Source: Eledone cirrhosa (taxonomy: Eukaryota). Taken from it: a DNA stretch of 64,000 nt. The stretch covers positions 14,446,001 through 14,510,000 of the forward strand of contig OZ024742.1 in assembly GCA_964016885.1 (NCBI GenBank), written 5' to 3'. Of this stretch, positions 61,585 through 64,000 are shown piece by piece. The stretch's first letter is position 1; each line of letters begins with the position of its first letter. Below the pieces are notes generated by a model. It saw nothing but the letters and a program-made list of their open reading frames with translations, had not been told where the DNA came from and did no database searches. The position numbers and the translations under genes are program-made.

Positions 61585-64000
61585 ACTGGTCCACTTGACC
61601 TGTATCAGTGGTGACTTGGTTCGTGAAGTTTGTCCAGTCCTCTAGTCCACTTGACCTGTGAAGTTGGTCCAATCCTCTAGTGCACTTGACCTGTTTCAGT
61701 GGTGACAGTCTGTGAAGTTGGTCCAATCCTCTAGTCCACTTGACCTGTTTCAGTGGTGACAGTCTGAAGTTTGTCCAGTCCTCTAGTCCACTTGACCTGT
61801 TTCAGTGGTGACAGTCTGTGAAGTTTGTCCAGTCATCTAGTCCACTTGACCTGTTTCAGTGGTGACAGTCTGAAGTTTGTCCAGTTCTCTAGTCCACTTG
61901 ACCTGTTTCAGTGGTGACAGTCTGAAGTTTGTCCAGTTCTCTAGTCCACTTGACCTGTCTCAGTGGTGACAGTCTGTGAAGTTTGTCCAGTCCTCTAGTT
62001 CACTTGACCTGTTTCAGTGGTGACAGTCTGAAGTTTGTCCAGTTCTCTAGTCCACTTGACTTGTTTCAGTGGTGACAGTCTGTGAAGTTTGTCCAATCCT
62101 CTAGTCCACTTGATCTGTTTCAGTGGTGACAGTCTGTGAAGTTTGTCCAGTCATCTAGTTCACTTGACCTGTCTCAGTGGTGACAGTCTGTGAAGTTTGT
62201 CCAGTCCCCTAGTCCACTTGACCTGTTTCAGTGGTGACAGTCTGTGAAGTCTGTCCAGTCCTCTAGTCCACTTGACCTGTTTCAGTGGTGACAGTCTGTG
62301 AAGTTTGTCCAATACCCTAGTCCACTTGACCTGTTTCAGTGGTGACAGTCTGTGAAGTTTGTCCAGTCCTCTAGTCCACTTGACCTGTTTCAGTGGTGAC
62401 AGTCTGTGAAGTTTGTCCAGTCCCCTAGTCCACTTGACCTGTTTCAGTGGTGACAGTCTGTGAAGTTTGTCCAATCCTCTAGTCCACTTGACCTGTTTCA
62501 GTGGTGACAGTCTGTGAAGTTTGTCCAGTCCTCTAGTTCACTTGACCTGTTTCAGTGGTGACAGTCTGTGAAGTTTGTCCAGTCCTCTAGTGCACTTGAC
62601 CTGTTTCAGTGGTGACAGTCTGTGAAGTTTGTCCAGTCCTCTAGTTCACTTGACCTGTTTCAGTGGTGACAGTCTGTGAAGTTTGTCCAGTCCTCTAGTT
62701 CACTTGACCTGTTTCAGTGGTGACAGTCTGTGAAGTTTGTCCAGTCCTCTAGTTCACTTGACCTGTTTCAGTGGTGACAGTCTGTGAAGTTTGTCCAGTC
62801 CTCTAGTTCACTTGACCTGTTTCAGTGGTGACAGTCTGTGAAGTTTGTCCAGTCCTCTAGTTCACTTGACCTGTTTCAGTGGTGACAGTCTTTGAAGTTT
62901 GTCCAGTCCTCTAGTTCACTTGACCTGTTTCAGTGGTGACAGTCTGTGAAGGTTGTCCAGTCCCCTAGTCCACTTGACCTGTTTCAGTGGTGACAGTCTG
63001 TGAAGTTTGTCCAGTCCTCTAGTTCACTTGACCTGTTTCAGTGGTGACAGTCTGTGAAGTTTGTCCAGTCCTCTAGTCCACTTGACCTGTTTCAGTGGTG
63101 ACAGTCTGTGAAGTTTGTCCAGTCCTCTAGTCCACTTGACCTGTTTCAGTGGTGACAGTCTGTGAAATTGGTCCAATCCTCTAGTCCACTTGACCTGTTT
63201 CAGTGGTGACAGTCTGTGAAGTTTGTCCAGTCCTCTAGTCCACTTGACCTGTTTCAGTGGTGACAGTCTGTGAAGTTTGACCAGTCCTCTAGTCCACTTG
63301 GCCTGTTTCAGTGGTGACAGTCTGAAGTTTGTCCAGTTCTCTAGTCCATTTGACCTGTTTCAGTGGTGACAGTCTGTGAAGTTTGTCCAATCCTCTAGTC
63401 CACTTGGCCTGTTTCAGTGGTGACAGTCTGTGAAGTTTGTCCAGTCCTCTAGTTCACTTGACCTGTTTCAGTGGTGACAGTCTGTGAAGTTTGTCCCATC
63501 CCCTAGTCCACTTGACCTGTTTCAGTGGTGACAGTCTGTGAAGTTTGTCCAGTCCCCTAGTTCACTTGACCTGTTTCAGTGGTGACAGTCTGTGAAGTTT
63601 GTTCAGTCCTCTAGTCCACTTGACCTGTTTCAGTGGTGACAGTCTGTGAAGTTTGTCCAGTCCTCTAGTTCACTTGACCTGTTTCAGTGGTGACAGTCTG
63701 TGAAGTTTGTCCAATCCTCTAGTCCACTTGACCTGTTTCAGTGGTGACAGTCTGTGAAGTTTGTCCAGTTCTCTAGTCCACTTGACCTGTTTCAGTGGTG
63801 ACAGTCTGTGAAGTTTGTTCAGTCCCCTAGTCCACTTGACCTGTTTCAGTGGTGACAGTCTGTGAAGTTTGTCCAGTTCCCTAGTCCACTTGACCTGTTT
63901 CAGTGATGACAGTCTGAAGTTTGTCCAGTTCTCTAGTTCACTCGACCGGTTTCAGTGGTGACAGTCTGTGAAGGTTGTCCAGTTCTCTAGTTCCTTTGAC
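61585..64000. repeat. 54/52-bp minisatellite running off the window end
   Basis: Unit tccacttgacctgtttcagtggtgacagtctgtgaagtttgtccagtcctctag. Confidence 0.99.

Overview
AT-rich, repeat-dense eukaryotic DNA, probably from a coleoid cephalopod such as Octopus (inferred from the RTE LINE, SINE and minisatellite content, not proven). The only well-supported host gene is a minus-strand, multi-exon ankyrin-repeat gene resembling ANKRD10. It has three clear, phase-compatible coding exons (52284-52120, 50196-50105, 45019-44736) and weaker candidate exons. The rest looks largely intronic. It holds six 5'-truncated RTE-clade LINE copies (five retain a PHD-like C4HC3 finger after the RT core) with (GAT)n tails, a Penelope-like RT/GIY-YIG relic, a CR1/L2-group LINE relic, a deleted Rep/Pif1 Helitron plus non-autonomous Helitron ends, two tRNA-derived SINE families, TTAA MITEs and several large minisatellites. 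The most notable observations are: five hammerhead-ribozyme-like motifs, two of them at the centre of fold-back palindromes; a ~2.2-kb inverted LINE pair and an inverted SINE pair beside an exon (possible dsRNA/ADAR substrates); a frameshift shared by two independent LINE copies; a SINE whose tail matches a LINE in the same window; a 5.7-kb minisatellite open in one frame; and a decayed histone H3 fragment. I found no convincing wholly new biological system. No searches were run, and coordinates of degraded repeats are approximate.
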